DNA of 63,966 nt, the filler included, from Acidimicrobiia bacterium (lineage in GTDB: Bacteria > Actinomycetota > Acidimicrobiia > Spongiisociales > CAZKJJ01), in NCBI GenBank assembly GCA_046759765.1. It is 5 parts of 5 records of this genome, joined end to end, with 100 filler letters (N's around TTAATTAATTAA, not from the genome) between each part and the next. Parts side by side here need not be neighbours in the genome. Positions count along the whole stretch, not along the records: positions 31,039 to 45,869 come from JBHICV010000052.1; positions 45,970 to 60,699 come from JBHICV010000053.1; 3 more parts are not named here. One strand, written 5' to 3'. This document shows, in pieces, positions 38,564 to 47,257 of the stretch. The notes under the pieces were generated by a model. The model did not search any database and was not told where the DNA came from. It worked only from the letters and a program-made list of their open reading frames with translations. Positions within the stretch are counted from its first letter, which is position 1. Every line of letters starts with the position of its first letter. A program made the translations under genes and the position numbers.

Positions 38564-40150
38564 ATGGAAACGTTCGACAACGGTGCGGGCCTGAGCCTGA
38601 TTGTGTTCCTGCCCCTGGTGGGGATGGTGCTGATCCTGATCACACCCAGGGCCCGCGAGAACGCGATGAAGGGCACGGCCCTGCTTTTTACTGGTGGTTC
38701 GTTCCTGCTCTCTCTGGTAGCGGTGAGCCGCTTCGACTACAAGCAGGCGGACGAGTTCCAGCTGGGGACCAACCAGGCCTGGATCCAAGCCATTTCGGCT
38801 CGATTCCACATCGGCGTTGACGGGATCAGCCTGCCGCTGGTAGTGCTCTCGACCTTCGTGACCTTCCTCTGCGTTATCTACACGCTGAAGCACGCCGAGG
38901 AACCTCACAACCCCAAAGCGTTCCTCTCGCTCATCCTCCTCTTAGCAGTTGGCATGGCGGGGACCTTCGTGGCGCTCGACCTGGTGCTGTTCTTTGTCTT
39001 CTTCGAGCTCGTGCTCCTACCGATGTACTTCCTGGTGGGGATCTGGGGCGACCGCTTCAAGCGCCGGCTACCGGGTTTCGACCGCGAAGTCGAGATGCGC
39101 CTCTACGCGGCCATCAAGTTCTTCCTATTCACCCTTCTCGGCTCCGTATTCATGTTGCTCGGCTTCATCGGGCTTTTCGTGATAGCCGGGACGTGGCAGA
39201 TCCCTGAGTTGATCGCCGGAGGGGAAGGAATCTTTGAGAGCACGGTCAACCTGTTGGGGTGGGAGCCCAAGGTCGCCTTCTTGATCTTCGCCGGCCTGTT
39301 TCTGGGATTCGCGGTCAAGGTCCCGATGTGGCCGTTGCATACGTGGCTGCCGGACGCGCACACCGCCGCTCCAACGGTCGGATCCGTGTTGCTGGCGGCG
39401 ATCCTGCTGAAGCTCGGCGCTTACGGCTTCATCCGAATCAGCCTGCCGATTCTTCCCGGCCAGGCGGGCGATTGGGCGCCTTTCATCGCGGTGCTGGCGG
39501 TGATCGCGATCATCTACGGTGCGCTGGCTTGCCTCGCTCAGCGCGACCTCAAGCGGCTCATCGCCTTTTCCTCCGTCGGTCATATGGGTTTCGTCATGTT
39601 GGGAATCGCCACCCTCACCGCCACAGGTCTGAACGCCGCGGTCATCGGGATGGTCGCCCACGGCGTCATCACCGGGCTGCTCTTCTTCCTGGCCGGGTCA
39701 ATGCACCACCGGTATCACACGAGGGAGATGGCGCGCCTCGGCGGCAACCTCAAATTGATGCCGGTGATGGGAGGAATTCTGGCGTTTACGGCAATGGCCT
39801 CGCTCGGCCTCCCCGGCCTCGCCGGCTTCTGGGGGGAGTTCATGGCCCTGTTGGGCGCCTACGAGCCCGCGGAGTTCCTCTCTCAGAATCTGTTTCGAAC
39901 GGCAATGGTCTTGGGAGCCATAGGCACGGTGCTGACGGCCGGATACATGCTCTGGATGCTGCAAAGGGTGAACCTTGGTGAGCCATCGGAGGAGTGGGCC
40001 GGCACGAGCTTCGAAGACGTCGACCGATTCGAGATGGCGTCGTGGGCACCGCTGGTCGTCGCGATCGCCGTAATCGGCGTGTTCCCCGGCATCGTGTTCA
40101 CGCTCACCAACCCGGCGGTGGAAAGCCTCGTGCAGGTATTCGGCGGCTGA
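38564..40150 (+). CDS. nuoM: NADH-quinone oxidoreductase subunit M
   Basis: VKVPMWPLHTWLPDAH, LGLPGLAGFWGEF. Confidence 0.96.
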   Translation: METFDNGAGLSLIVFLPLVGMVLILITPRARENAMKGTALLFTGGSFLLSLVAVSRFDYKQADEFQLGTNQAWIQAISARFHIGVDGISLPLVVLSTFVTFLCVIYTLKHAEEPHNPKAFLSLILLLAVGMAGTFVALDLVLFFVFFELVLLPMYFLVGIWGDRFKRRLPGFDREVEMRLYAAIKFFLFTLLGSVFMLLGFIGLFVIAGTWQIPELIAGGEGIFESTVNLLGWEPKVAFLIFAGLFLGFAVKVPMWPLHTWLPDAHTAAPTVGSVLLAAILLKLGAYGFIRISLPILPGQAGDWAPFIAVLAVIAIIYGALACLAQRDLKRLIAFSSVGHMGFVMLGIATLTATGLNAAVIGMVAHGVITGLLFFLAGSMHHRYHTREMARLGGNLKLMPVMGGILAFTAMASLGLPGLAGFWGEFMALLGAYEPAEFLSQNLFRTAMVLGAIGTVLTAGYMLWMLQRVNLGEPSEEWAGTSFEDVDRFEMASWAPLVVAIAVIGVFPGIVFTLTNPAVESLVQVFGG

Positions 40151-40151
40151 C

Positions 40152-41648
40152 GTGGACATCGACTATCTCTCCCTTGCGCCCGAACTGGTCTTAGCCGGAA
40201 CGGTCATTTCGGTCCTACTGGCGGACTCCTTCCTGGATAGGACTCAGAAGTACTGGACCGCGGTGCTCTCGGTGTTGGGTGTAACGCTCGCCGGGCTGGC
40301 GGTGCTGGTATTGGCAGCCGGCGATCCTCGCACAATGCTCAACGGGAGCTGGGTGGTCGACGACTTCGCCCTCGTCCTCAAGGGCCTCTTCATCGGAGCC
40401 GGCTACCTGGTTCTGTTGATGTCCGTCTCCTACATCGAGTCGGATCGCTACTACCAGGGCGAGTACTACTTCCTGCTGCTGACCGCCATCCTTGGCGCGT
40501 CGATCATGACTTCGTCGCGGAGCCTCATCATTCTCTTCATCGGACTGGAGCTGGTGTCAGCACCCGCGTTCATGCTGGCCGGCTGGCGCAAGGGTGACGT
40601 CCGCTCCAACGAAGCGGCGCTGAAGTTCTTCCTAACCGGGATACTGGCCGCGGCCTTGATGCTCTACGGGATGAGCTTTGTCTACGGGCTGACGGGCGAG
40701 GTGCTGTTTTCGGGGATCTCCGACGCGATATTCGAACTCGAGCTGGCCGGCGAGCCGGCCATGATCATGGCGCTGCTGTTCATAATCGCCGGTTTCGGCT
40801 TCAAGATCTCGGCGGTTCCCTTCCATTTCTGGGCGCCGGACACGTACGAAGGGGCTCCGACCCCGGTGACCGCGTTTCTTTCCGTCATCTCCAAGGCAGC
40901 CGGCTTCGTTGGTCTGCTCCTCGTTTGCTACCTGGCGTTCCCGCTGCTGGCCGGCATCTGGAGCTGGGCCCTCGGCATTCTCGCCGCGGTGACGATGACC
41001 GTGGCGAACCTCACGGCGCTCCGCCAGCGAAACATCGTTCGGCTCCTCGCCTACTCATCTGTGGCCCAGGCCGGGTTCATGCTGGCCCCGTTTGCAGTGG
41101 CGGGTGCCGTCGGTCCGGGCGCCGCCGCCATTCCCGGGGCGCTGGAGGCCACGGTCACCTACCTGCTCATCTACCTCTTCATGAACCTCGGCGCTTTCGC
41201 CGTGGTCATCGCCGGAGCGAGGAAGACGGGGACGGGCACCATCGCGGGTTGGGCCGGCATGTACGGATACTCGTCCGGCTTGGCGGCATTGGCGGCGGTT
41301 TTCTTCCTCTCGCTCGCGGGGATCCCGCCTTTCGCCGGGTGGTTCGCCAAGTTCGTGATGTTCCAATCGGTCATCTCCGGCACCGACGGTTGGCTGGTCG
41401 CCCTGGCCGCCGTGGCGGCGATCAACGCGGTGGTAGCGCTCTACTACTACGCCCGGGTGGTCAAGGTGATGTTCATGGATCCGGTCCCGGCAACAGCCCC
41501 TCCCGAGGAGATTCGAGTTGCTCCCGTCGCCCGGTCGCTGGTCGTCGCACTGGCCTTGTCGGTGGGAGTGATCCTCCTGGCCGGAGTGTTCCCGCAAGTG
41601 ATCGCCTACTTCGGTGACCTCACCGGCACAGTCGTCGCCGGCGGCTAG
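40152..41648 (+). CDS. nuoN: NADH-quinone oxidoreductase subunit N
   Basis: FKISAVPFHFWAPDTYEGAPTP, SLAGIPP. Confidence 0.96.
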   Translation: MDIDYLSLAPELVLAGTVISVLLADSFLDRTQKYWTAVLSVLGVTLAGLAVLVLAAGDPRTMLNGSWVVDDFALVLKGLFIGAGYLVLLMSVSYIESDRYYQGEYYFLLLTAILGASIMTSSRSLIILFIGLELVSAPAFMLAGWRKGDVRSNEAALKFFLTGILAAALMLYGMSFVYGLTGEVLFSGISDAIFELELAGEPAMIMALLFIIAGFGFKISAVPFHFWAPDTYEGAPTPVTAFLSVISKAAGFVGLLLVCYLAFPLLAGIWSWALGILAAVTMTVANLTALRQRNIVRLLAYSSVAQAGFMLAPFAVAGAVGPGAAAIPGALEATVTYLLIYLFMNLGAFAVVIAGARKTGTGTIAGWAGMYGYSSGLAALAAVFFLSLAGIPPFAGWFAKFVMFQSVISGTDGWLVALAAVAAINAVVALYYYARVVKVMFMDPVPATAPPEEIRVAPVARSLVVALALSVGVILLAGVFPQVIAYFGDLTGTVVAGG

Positions 41649-41656
41649 GTCGTATC

Positions 41657-41709
41657 TGGTTTTGGTGACGCTTACTCACCTATAGGGTGGATTGGCGTCA
41701 CCAAAACCA
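41657..41709. repeat. REP-like palindromic element
   Basis: Perfect 15-bp arms TGGTTTTGGTGACGC / GCGTCACCAAAACCA around a 23-nt loop with inner CACC..GGTG. Confidence 0.75.
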
Positions 41710-41713
41710 TGAA

Positions 41714-42772
41714 ATGACCACCCTGAAGACTCGTCTGTTGGAGCGGATCTCGAACGAGGGACCGGTCCCGTTCGAGGAATACCACCGGGCGGCCCTCTAC
41801 GACCCGGAGCACGGGTTCTTCACGAGCGGGTCCCTCCGCTCGGCCGAGGAGGGCGACTTCCTGACCAGCCCGGAGGTGAGCCCGCTGTTCGGGGAAACGC
41901 TGGCTGAGTTCGCTCGTCGAGAACGAGAGCGGCTCGATGATCCGGGAGGCTTTGCGGTCGTCGATGCCGGGGCCGGGTCAGGGTCCTTGCTCCGTTGGCT
42001 GCTGCAGGCTGAGCCACTAGAGGCGTGGGCGGTCGAGCTGTCGCAGGCCGCCCGCCAAGCGCTCCGGGCGGTCCTACCCGCGGATCGGGTGGTGCCAACC
42101 CTCGACGACCTGTCATCCCCCGTCACCGGAGTGGTGTTTGCCAACGAGCTGCTCGACAACCAACCCGTGGCCTTGGCTGTTCGGTCCCAAGGAGGCTGGG
42201 AAGAGCGTTGGGTGGGCACATCGGACGGCGGCTTCGAACTCATTCCGGCTCCGGCTCGGGCACCTGTTGTTGACTGGTGCGATCAGTTCGCCGGACCGGT
42301 ACCCGACGGTGGCCTGGTCGAGGTCCAGCTCGAAGCCGGGAAATGGCTCCGGATGGCGCTGTCGCGCCTGGCGGTCGGGAGCGTGGTGGTCATCGACTAT
42401 GGGGATACAGCCACGGGACTCTTGCCGCGGCGAGCTGCGGGAACTCTGCGGACCTACCGATCTCATCACATTGGCCCTGACCCTTTGCTGGATCCCGGAT
42501 CCGTCGACGTCACTGTGGATGTCAACTTCACCGCGCTGCTGGGCGTGGCCGAGGAGGCTGCCAATAACGTGCAGCTCATGAGACAGGAGGAATTCCTTAC
42601 GGATCTTGGCTTGAGAGAGCAGCTCCGCCAACTACGGCACCAAGAGCTCGAGCTGGCCCGCTCGGGTGATGACATGGCCCGACTCGAGGTCCGGTCGCTC
42701 CGGGTAGGGGCTGAGACGCTGCTTCATCCGCGCGGCTTAGGCGACTTCCGCGTGCTGGTAGCCCGGCTGTGA
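41714..42772 (+). CDS. MidA/NDUFAF7-family SAM-dependent methyltransferase
   Basis: ALYDPEHGFF, GDFLTSPEVSPLFG, DAGAGSG, FANELLD, IDYG, DVTVDVNF, GLGDF. Confidence 0.88.
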   Translation: MTTLKTRLLERISNEGPVPFEEYHRAALYDPEHGFFTSGSLRSAEEGDFLTSPEVSPLFGETLAEFARRERERLDDPGGFAVVDAGAGSGSLLRWLLQAEPLEAWAVELSQAARQALRAVLPADRVVPTLDDLSSPVTGVVFANELLDNQPVALAVRSQGGWEERWVGTSDGGFELIPAPARAPVVDWCDQFAGPVPDGGLVEVQLEAGKWLRMALSRLAVGSVVVIDYGDTATGLLPRRAAGTLRTYRSHHIGPDPLLDPGSVDVTVDVNFTALLGVAEEAANNVQLMRQEEFLTDLGLREQLRQLRHQELELARSGDDMARLEVRSLRVGAETLLHPRGLGDFRVLVARL

Positions 42773-43116
42773 CGTCGATCAGCAGATGGATCTCGGCCGT
42801 CGTTGTGGTCGGCATGCTGGCCGGCTGCGGAGAGCCCGTGGACGTGGCCGCGTTTCCCACCGTCCCGCCCGGTCTGCCACCGGAGATCTATGACGCGATC
42901 GTCGCAGATCTGAGAGATCAGCTTTCCGGCTCCCCGCTCCTGATCACCGTGACCGCTGAGAGCGTCAACTGGAATGATGCCTCTCTGGGTTGCCCGGCAC
43001 CGGGCGAGTTCTCCGCCCAGGTAATAACGCCGGGCTTCCGCGTGATCTTCGTGGTCGATGACACCACGTACGACTACCGGGCCTCACAAGCAGGTGACTT
43101 CCGGCTCTGCCCCTAG
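42769..43116 (+). CDS. Small lipoprotein
   Basis: Lipobox LAGC; WNDASLGCP..AQVITPG motif. Confidence 0.75.
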   Translation: MTSISRWISAVVVVGMLAGCGEPVDVAAFPTVPPGLPPEIYDAIVADLRDQLSGSPLLITVTAESVNWNDASLGCPAPGEFSAQVITPGFRVIFVVDDTTYDYRASQAGDFRLCP

Positions 43117-43183
43117 AAACACGGACCTGCGTGGTCGGGCGACAACTCGCTTGCTATACCGACGCTCCCGGTACGATGTTCCT

Positions 43184-44047
43184 ATGAGCGGCAACAACCT
43201 GAAAACCGTTGCCTTACTCGCGTTTCTCACGGCACTCGTAGTCCTTATGGCCGAGCTGTTCGGGTTCGGGTTCATCTGGGGGCTGATTATCGCGGGAGCG
43301 CTCAACTTCGCCTTCTACTTCTGGTCGGCCCGCCTGGCTCTGGGGGCCAGCCGGGCCCGGCCGGTAGAAGAGCACGAGCTCCCCGGGGTCTATGCGATCG
43401 TCCGCCGCCTCACGCTGATGGACGAGATGCCGATGCCGTCCATCTACCTGATCGATTCCCCCCAACCCAACGCCTTCGCCACCGGGCGCAGCCCGAAGCA
43501 CGCTGCGGTAGCAGTGACCAGCGGGATCGTGGACATGCTCTCGACCCAGGAGCTCGAGGGGGTCCTCGCCCACGAGCTCGCTCACGTCCGCAATCGGGAC
43601 ATCCTCATCTCGACGATCGCGGCGATGCTGGCCGCCGCCTTGACGATCTTCGCCAGAATCGCGTTCTGGACCGGTGGGGGACGCGGAAGGCAGGGCAACG
43701 CTATTACTGCGATCCTTGCGCTCGCCAGCCTCATACTCGCTCCCATCGCGGCGATGATCATCCGGCTGGCTATCTCCCGTGCTCGTGAATACGAAGCCGA
43801 CCACGACGGCGCCGAGATGACGGGGCAGCCCCTGAACCTGGCCAGTGCACTCGAGAAAATTGGTATGGCGACACAGAGAATCCCGATGGCCGTCAACCCG
43901 GCCGTCAGTCCGCTCTACATCGCCGATCCCCTCAAGAGCGTGCAGGGTCGACGGCGAGCCGGCGGCTTTTCGAGGCTGTTTGCCACACACCCTCCGATTG
44001 AGGAACGGATCGATCGTCTCCAGGAGATGGCGACCGGAGTTCGATGA
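43184..44047 (+). CDS. htpX: Zinc metalloprotease HtpX (M48)
   Basis: PNAFATGR, HELAH, SRAREYEAD, THPPIEERI. Confidence 0.93.
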   Translation: MSGNNLKTVALLAFLTALVVLMAELFGFGFIWGLIIAGALNFAFYFWSARLALGASRARPVEEHELPGVYAIVRRLTLMDEMPMPSIYLIDSPQPNAFATGRSPKHAAVAVTSGIVDMLSTQELEGVLAHELAHVRNRDILISTIAAMLAAALTIFARIAFWTGGGRGRQGNAITAILALASLILAPIAAMIIRLAISRAREYEADHDGAEMTGQPLNLASALEKIGMATQRIPMAVNPAVSPLYIADPLKSVQGRRRAGGFSRLFATHPPIEERIDRLQEMATGVR

Positions 44048-44565
44048 TCTCAACCGTCGCAGCTGCAACCTTGCTCACGGCGCTGGTTGTCGCCATGGCC
44101 GTGTGGGGATCGTACGTCGGGATCGCATCGGCTGAGAGGGGCCCGACGTGGGCACAGAATCATCTTCAGCGAATGGGCCGGCTTTACGGCGTGGGCGTCC
44201 TGATCGGCCTGGCAGCCGCGCTCGTTGTCGATCCCGCCTGGTTCGGACTTGCCTTCGCTTACGTGGCCCTGGTCACCTGGTGGATCTCGCGGCGGGTACT
44301 GCGCGCGGTGAGCGCGGCGGAGTCACTGGGTGCAGGAGATCCCCTGCCCGCTGATCGCGTGGTGGCGATGCTTCGCCGGGCCTCGAACACGCTCATGGTC
44401 GCAGGGCTGGTCGTGATCGTCATTGCGCTGGCTGACTTTGTTTGGAGATCGTGGCCGGCCTTGGTCGACGTCGCCCTTGCGGCCGCCCTGCTGGTGCCTG
44501 CCTTTGCCTATCGCCGACGAGCGGACCGGCTGTCCTCGGAACCCTCGCCCACCTCGGTTATCTAG
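44044..44565 (+). CDS. Hypothetical membrane protein
   Basis: About 5 hydrophobic segments; ATGA overlap with htpX. Confidence 0.7.
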   Translation: MISTVAAATLLTALVVAMAVWGSYVGIASAERGPTWAQNHLQRMGRLYGVGVLIGLAAALVVDPAWFGLAFAYVALVTWWISRRVLRAVSAAESLGAGDPLPADRVVAMLRRASNTLMVAGLVVIVIALADFVWRSWPALVDVALAAALLVPAFAYRRRADRLSSEPSPTSVI

Positions 44566-45461
44566 CTCGCTCCTGGTGCGGGATAGCGCGGCACGGAGGC
44601 CTGGTGTCGCGCCAACACCAGGAGTGCTGATGCAATTAGCACCAGCCCAATCCCTGCGGCTGGACTGAGGCTCTCTCCGAGCACCAACACGGCAAGAGCA
44701 GCCGCAGTGCCCGGTTCGCCGAGTGTCAGCGTCGCAGCTGTTCCAACCTGCGTGACGCGGAGGCCGCCCGCGAATAGCAGGTAGGCAAGTGTCGTGGTCA
44801 CGAGGCCCAAATAGAGCGTCATGGCCACTCCGGAGAGTTCGCGTAGCCAGCTCCTGTCGGCCAGCAGCAGAACGGGGATCGACAGCGCCGCCGCCCAGCC
44901 GAACACGAGTGCCATCGCAGGAACGGTGGGGTGCCGACCGACGATGCCCTTGGCCGCCACGGCGTACACGGCATAGCACGCCCCTGCTCCCAGGGCCAGG
45001 ATGACCCCCGACGCCTCGATCCCCGCCGACTCGCCACTCGAAGCCAGCAGAACCAGACCGGCGACTGCCACCACTGTGGCGATCGCCCACCGCCGGCTGA
45101 GAGGCTCCCGCCGGATCCAGCGGGCAAGGAGTGCGGCGAGCACAGGAGCGCTACCAATGGCGATCATCGTTCCGACCGCCACGCCGGCGCGTAACACGCC
45201 GGCGAAGAAAAGGGGCTGATAAGCGGCCATTGCCACCCCTGCCACCATGACCGAACCTCGACGCCACTCGGGCCAATGGGCGACTGCGCCTTTCGCCGTC
45301 GCCAGGAGCACCAGCGCCACTCCACCGACGACCATTCGAATCGCGCCCACCGCCAGCGGATTAGACGACGACGGACCGAGGGCCTGGGCGGTACCCGTCG
45401 TTCCCCAGAGCATGGCCGCAGCCAGAACCAATAAAGATCCTCGTCGGCCGGGAGACGGCAC
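44562..45461 (-). CDS. EamA/DMT-family transporter
   Basis: LWGTTGTAQ, GVAVGT..IGSAP, TLTLGEP. Confidence 0.9.
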   Translation of the reverse strand: MPSPGRRGSLLVLAAAMLWGTTGTAQALGPSSSNPLAVGAIRMVVGGVALVLLATAKGAVAHWPEWRRGSVMVAGVAMAAYQPLFFAGVLRAGVAVGTMIAIGSAPVLAALLARWIRREPLSRRWAIATVVAVAGLVLLASSGESAGIEASGVILALGAGACYAVYAVAAKGIVGRHPTVPAMALVFGWAAALSIPVLLLADRSWLRELSGVAMTLYLGLVTTTLAYLLFAGGLRVTQVGTAATLTLGEPGTAAALAVLVLGESLSPAAGIGLVLIASALLVLARHQASVPRYPAPGAS

Positions 45462-45534
45462 TCCCCGAGGCTAACTCTGGAAGGGGTGGGCCGGGCCTGG
45501 GCTATTGTTAGGAAGCCCGAACTCCTCGGGCTGG

Positions 45535-45617
45535 GCCGGGATGCCCGAGTGGACAAAGGGAGCAGACTGTAAATCTGCCGGCGTATGCCTTCGGAGGTTC
45601 GAATCCTTCTCCCGGCA
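45535..45617 (+). tRNA. tRNA-Tyr (GTA)
   Basis: Acceptor GCCGGGA/TCCCGGC, anticodon loop CT-GTA-AA, long variable arm, GTTCGAATC. Confidence 0.95.
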
Positions 45618-45620
45618 CGC

Positions 45621-45693
45621 GCCCCCTTAGCTCAGTTGGTAGAGCGCCGCCATGGTAAGGCGGAGGTATCCGGTTCGAATCCGGAAGGGGGCT
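45621..45693 (+). tRNA. tRNA-Thr (GGT)
   Basis: GCCCCCT/AGGGGGC acceptor, CCGCC-AT-GGT-AA-GGCGG, GTTCGAATC. Confidence 0.95.
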
Positions 45694-45794
45694 CGAAAAG
45701 TCGCCTAGGCCCGCGCGGGCCTTCACCGCCGAGCGAGGCCGACCTGGACGACGACGCTAACCTACGGCGACTTAGGACGACTGACTACTGATTT

Positions 45795-45868
45795 GGCGGC
45801 GTAGCTCAGTGGGTAAGAGCGCTCGACTCATAATCGAGAGGTCGGCAGTTCGAGTCTGCCCGCCGCTA
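45795..45868 (+). tRNA. tRNA-Met (CAT), probably elongator
   Basis: GGCGGCG/CGCCGCT acceptor, CTCGA-CT-CAT-AA-TCGAG; lacks the initiator 3GC stem. Confidence 0.9.
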
Positions 45869-45869
45869 C

Positions 45870-45969
45870 NNNNNNNNNNNNNNNNNNNNNNNNNNNNNNN
45901 NNNNNNNNNNNNNTTAATTAATTAANNNNNNNNNNNNNNNNNNNNNNNNNNNNNNNNNNNNNNNNNNNN
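45870..45969. other. Artificial contig linker
   Basis: 44 N + TTAATTAATTAA + 44 N. Confidence 0.97.
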
Positions 45970-45970
45970 A

Positions 45971-47170
45971 GAGCAAGCTCGGCGAGCAGCGTGGATTGCG
46001 GTATTGCCGTTCGAGAACATGAGCGACGACCCAGAGCAGGATTACTTCGCCCACGGTATAGCGGAAGATGTGATAACGGGGCTGGCGGCCTGGAGCACCC
46101 TCCGGGTAATAGCCCGGACTTCTTCCTTCAGATACGAGGGAGAGAACTTAGATCAGATCGCCGAGGAACTAAGTGTCCGCTATGTACTGGAAGGCAGTGT
46201 CAGGCGCGCCGGAGAAAGAGTCCGAGTAACAGCTCAGCTCATCGATGCTACTGGTGGGGGTCACCACGTTTGGGCCGAGCGCTACGACGCCGACATGGTC
46301 GACATCTTCGAGGTTCAGGATCAGATCACTCGCAGCATCGTGGTGGCGATCGACCCTGCGATTCGCTTGGCCGAGACAGGGCCGGAGTCCCGAGTCGAAA
46401 CCAAGAGCCTCGACGCATGGGACCACGTCCAGCTGGGCCGCTCGGAAACCTATAAGTTCAAACCTGAGGCCAACACTGAAGCGATCGGTCACTTCAACGC
46501 AGCGCTGGCAATAGACCCGACCTATTCGGTGGCTTGGTCAGAGCTGGCCTTTGCCCACTTCGTCGATGCCTGGTTCAACTTCGTGGACACAGGGAGTGAC
46601 TCGATCAACCTTGCCTACGAGGAAGCCAGGAAAGCCCTCGAGCTCGACGAGCGTGATGCGATGGCCCATGCGGTCTTAGCGTTCGTAAATCTCGGTCTGG
46701 GTCGGCTGGACGCGATGGCGGCTTCTGCTACGCGAGCTATCGAGCTCAATCCGAGCCTGGCTTACGGATACCTTGCGCTGGGAGATGCCAAGCTGTTTGG
46801 TGGCGATGCTGATGAAGGGGTACGGATTATTAGCGAGGCGATCGCCCTGTCTCCGCACGACCCAGGCGCAGTTTTCTTCTACGGAGCCAGGGCAATCGGC
46901 CACCTTCTGGCTCACCGCTATGACGAGGCCACGGATGACGCCCGTGCCGCCGTCAATCTCAAGTACGGATACGTGCTTGGAAGAGTGATGCTCACGTCTG
47001 CTCTTGCCCACATGGGCGAGCTGGAAGACGCGCGGAGAGAGCTCGAGGAACTATTGGCAATTAAACCGGACTTCACACTGGGGCTTCTCGATCCCTATCC
47101 GATGAGTGACGAGGATCGAAAGCACATCTCGGACGGTTTGTATACAGCGGGCCTCCCCGAAAGCAGTTAG
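45971..47170 (+). CDS. TolB-N-like plus TPR protein, N-terminally truncated
   Basis: IAVLPFENMSDDPEQDYFAHG, VIARTSSF, VLEGSVRRAG, then TPRs; frame open to the linker. Confidence 0.85.
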   Translation, partial: EQARRAAWIAVLPFENMSDDPEQDYFAHGIAEDVITGLAAWSTLRVIARTSSFRYEGENLDQIAEELSVRYVLEGSVRRAGERVRVTAQLIDATGGGHHVWAERYDADMVDIFEVQDQITRSIVVAIDPAIRLAETGPESRVETKSLDAWDHVQLGRSETYKFKPEANTEAIGHFNAALAIDPTYSVAWSELAFAHFVDAWFNFVDTGSDSINLAYEEARKALELDERDAMAHAVLAFVNLGLGRLDAMAASATRAIELNPSLAYGYLALGDAKLFGGDADEGVRIISEAIALSPHDPGAVFFYGARAIGHLLAHRYDEATDDARAAVNLKYGYVLGRVMLTSALAHMGELEDARRELEELLAIKPDFTLGLLDPYPMSDEDRKHISDGLYTAGLPESS

Positions 47171-47181
47171 TCAGCCGGAGA

Positions 47182-47232
47182 GTTTCCCGTCAATGGCCGC
47201 GTCGCTATCCGACGCTTCGATTGACACGAAAC
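47182..47232. repeat. REP-like palindromic element
   Basis: GTTTCCCGTCAAT..GCGTCG-CTATC-CGACGC..ATTGACACGAAAC between convergent genes. Confidence 0.75.
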
Positions 47233-47257
47233 CTGAGGACGCGTGCCTCACTCTTGA

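Noticed and set aside
45795..47170. tRNA-Met as the integration site of an island holding the cyclase and Pycsar-like genes
   Set aside because: A linker separates them; no integrase or att duplication is visible.
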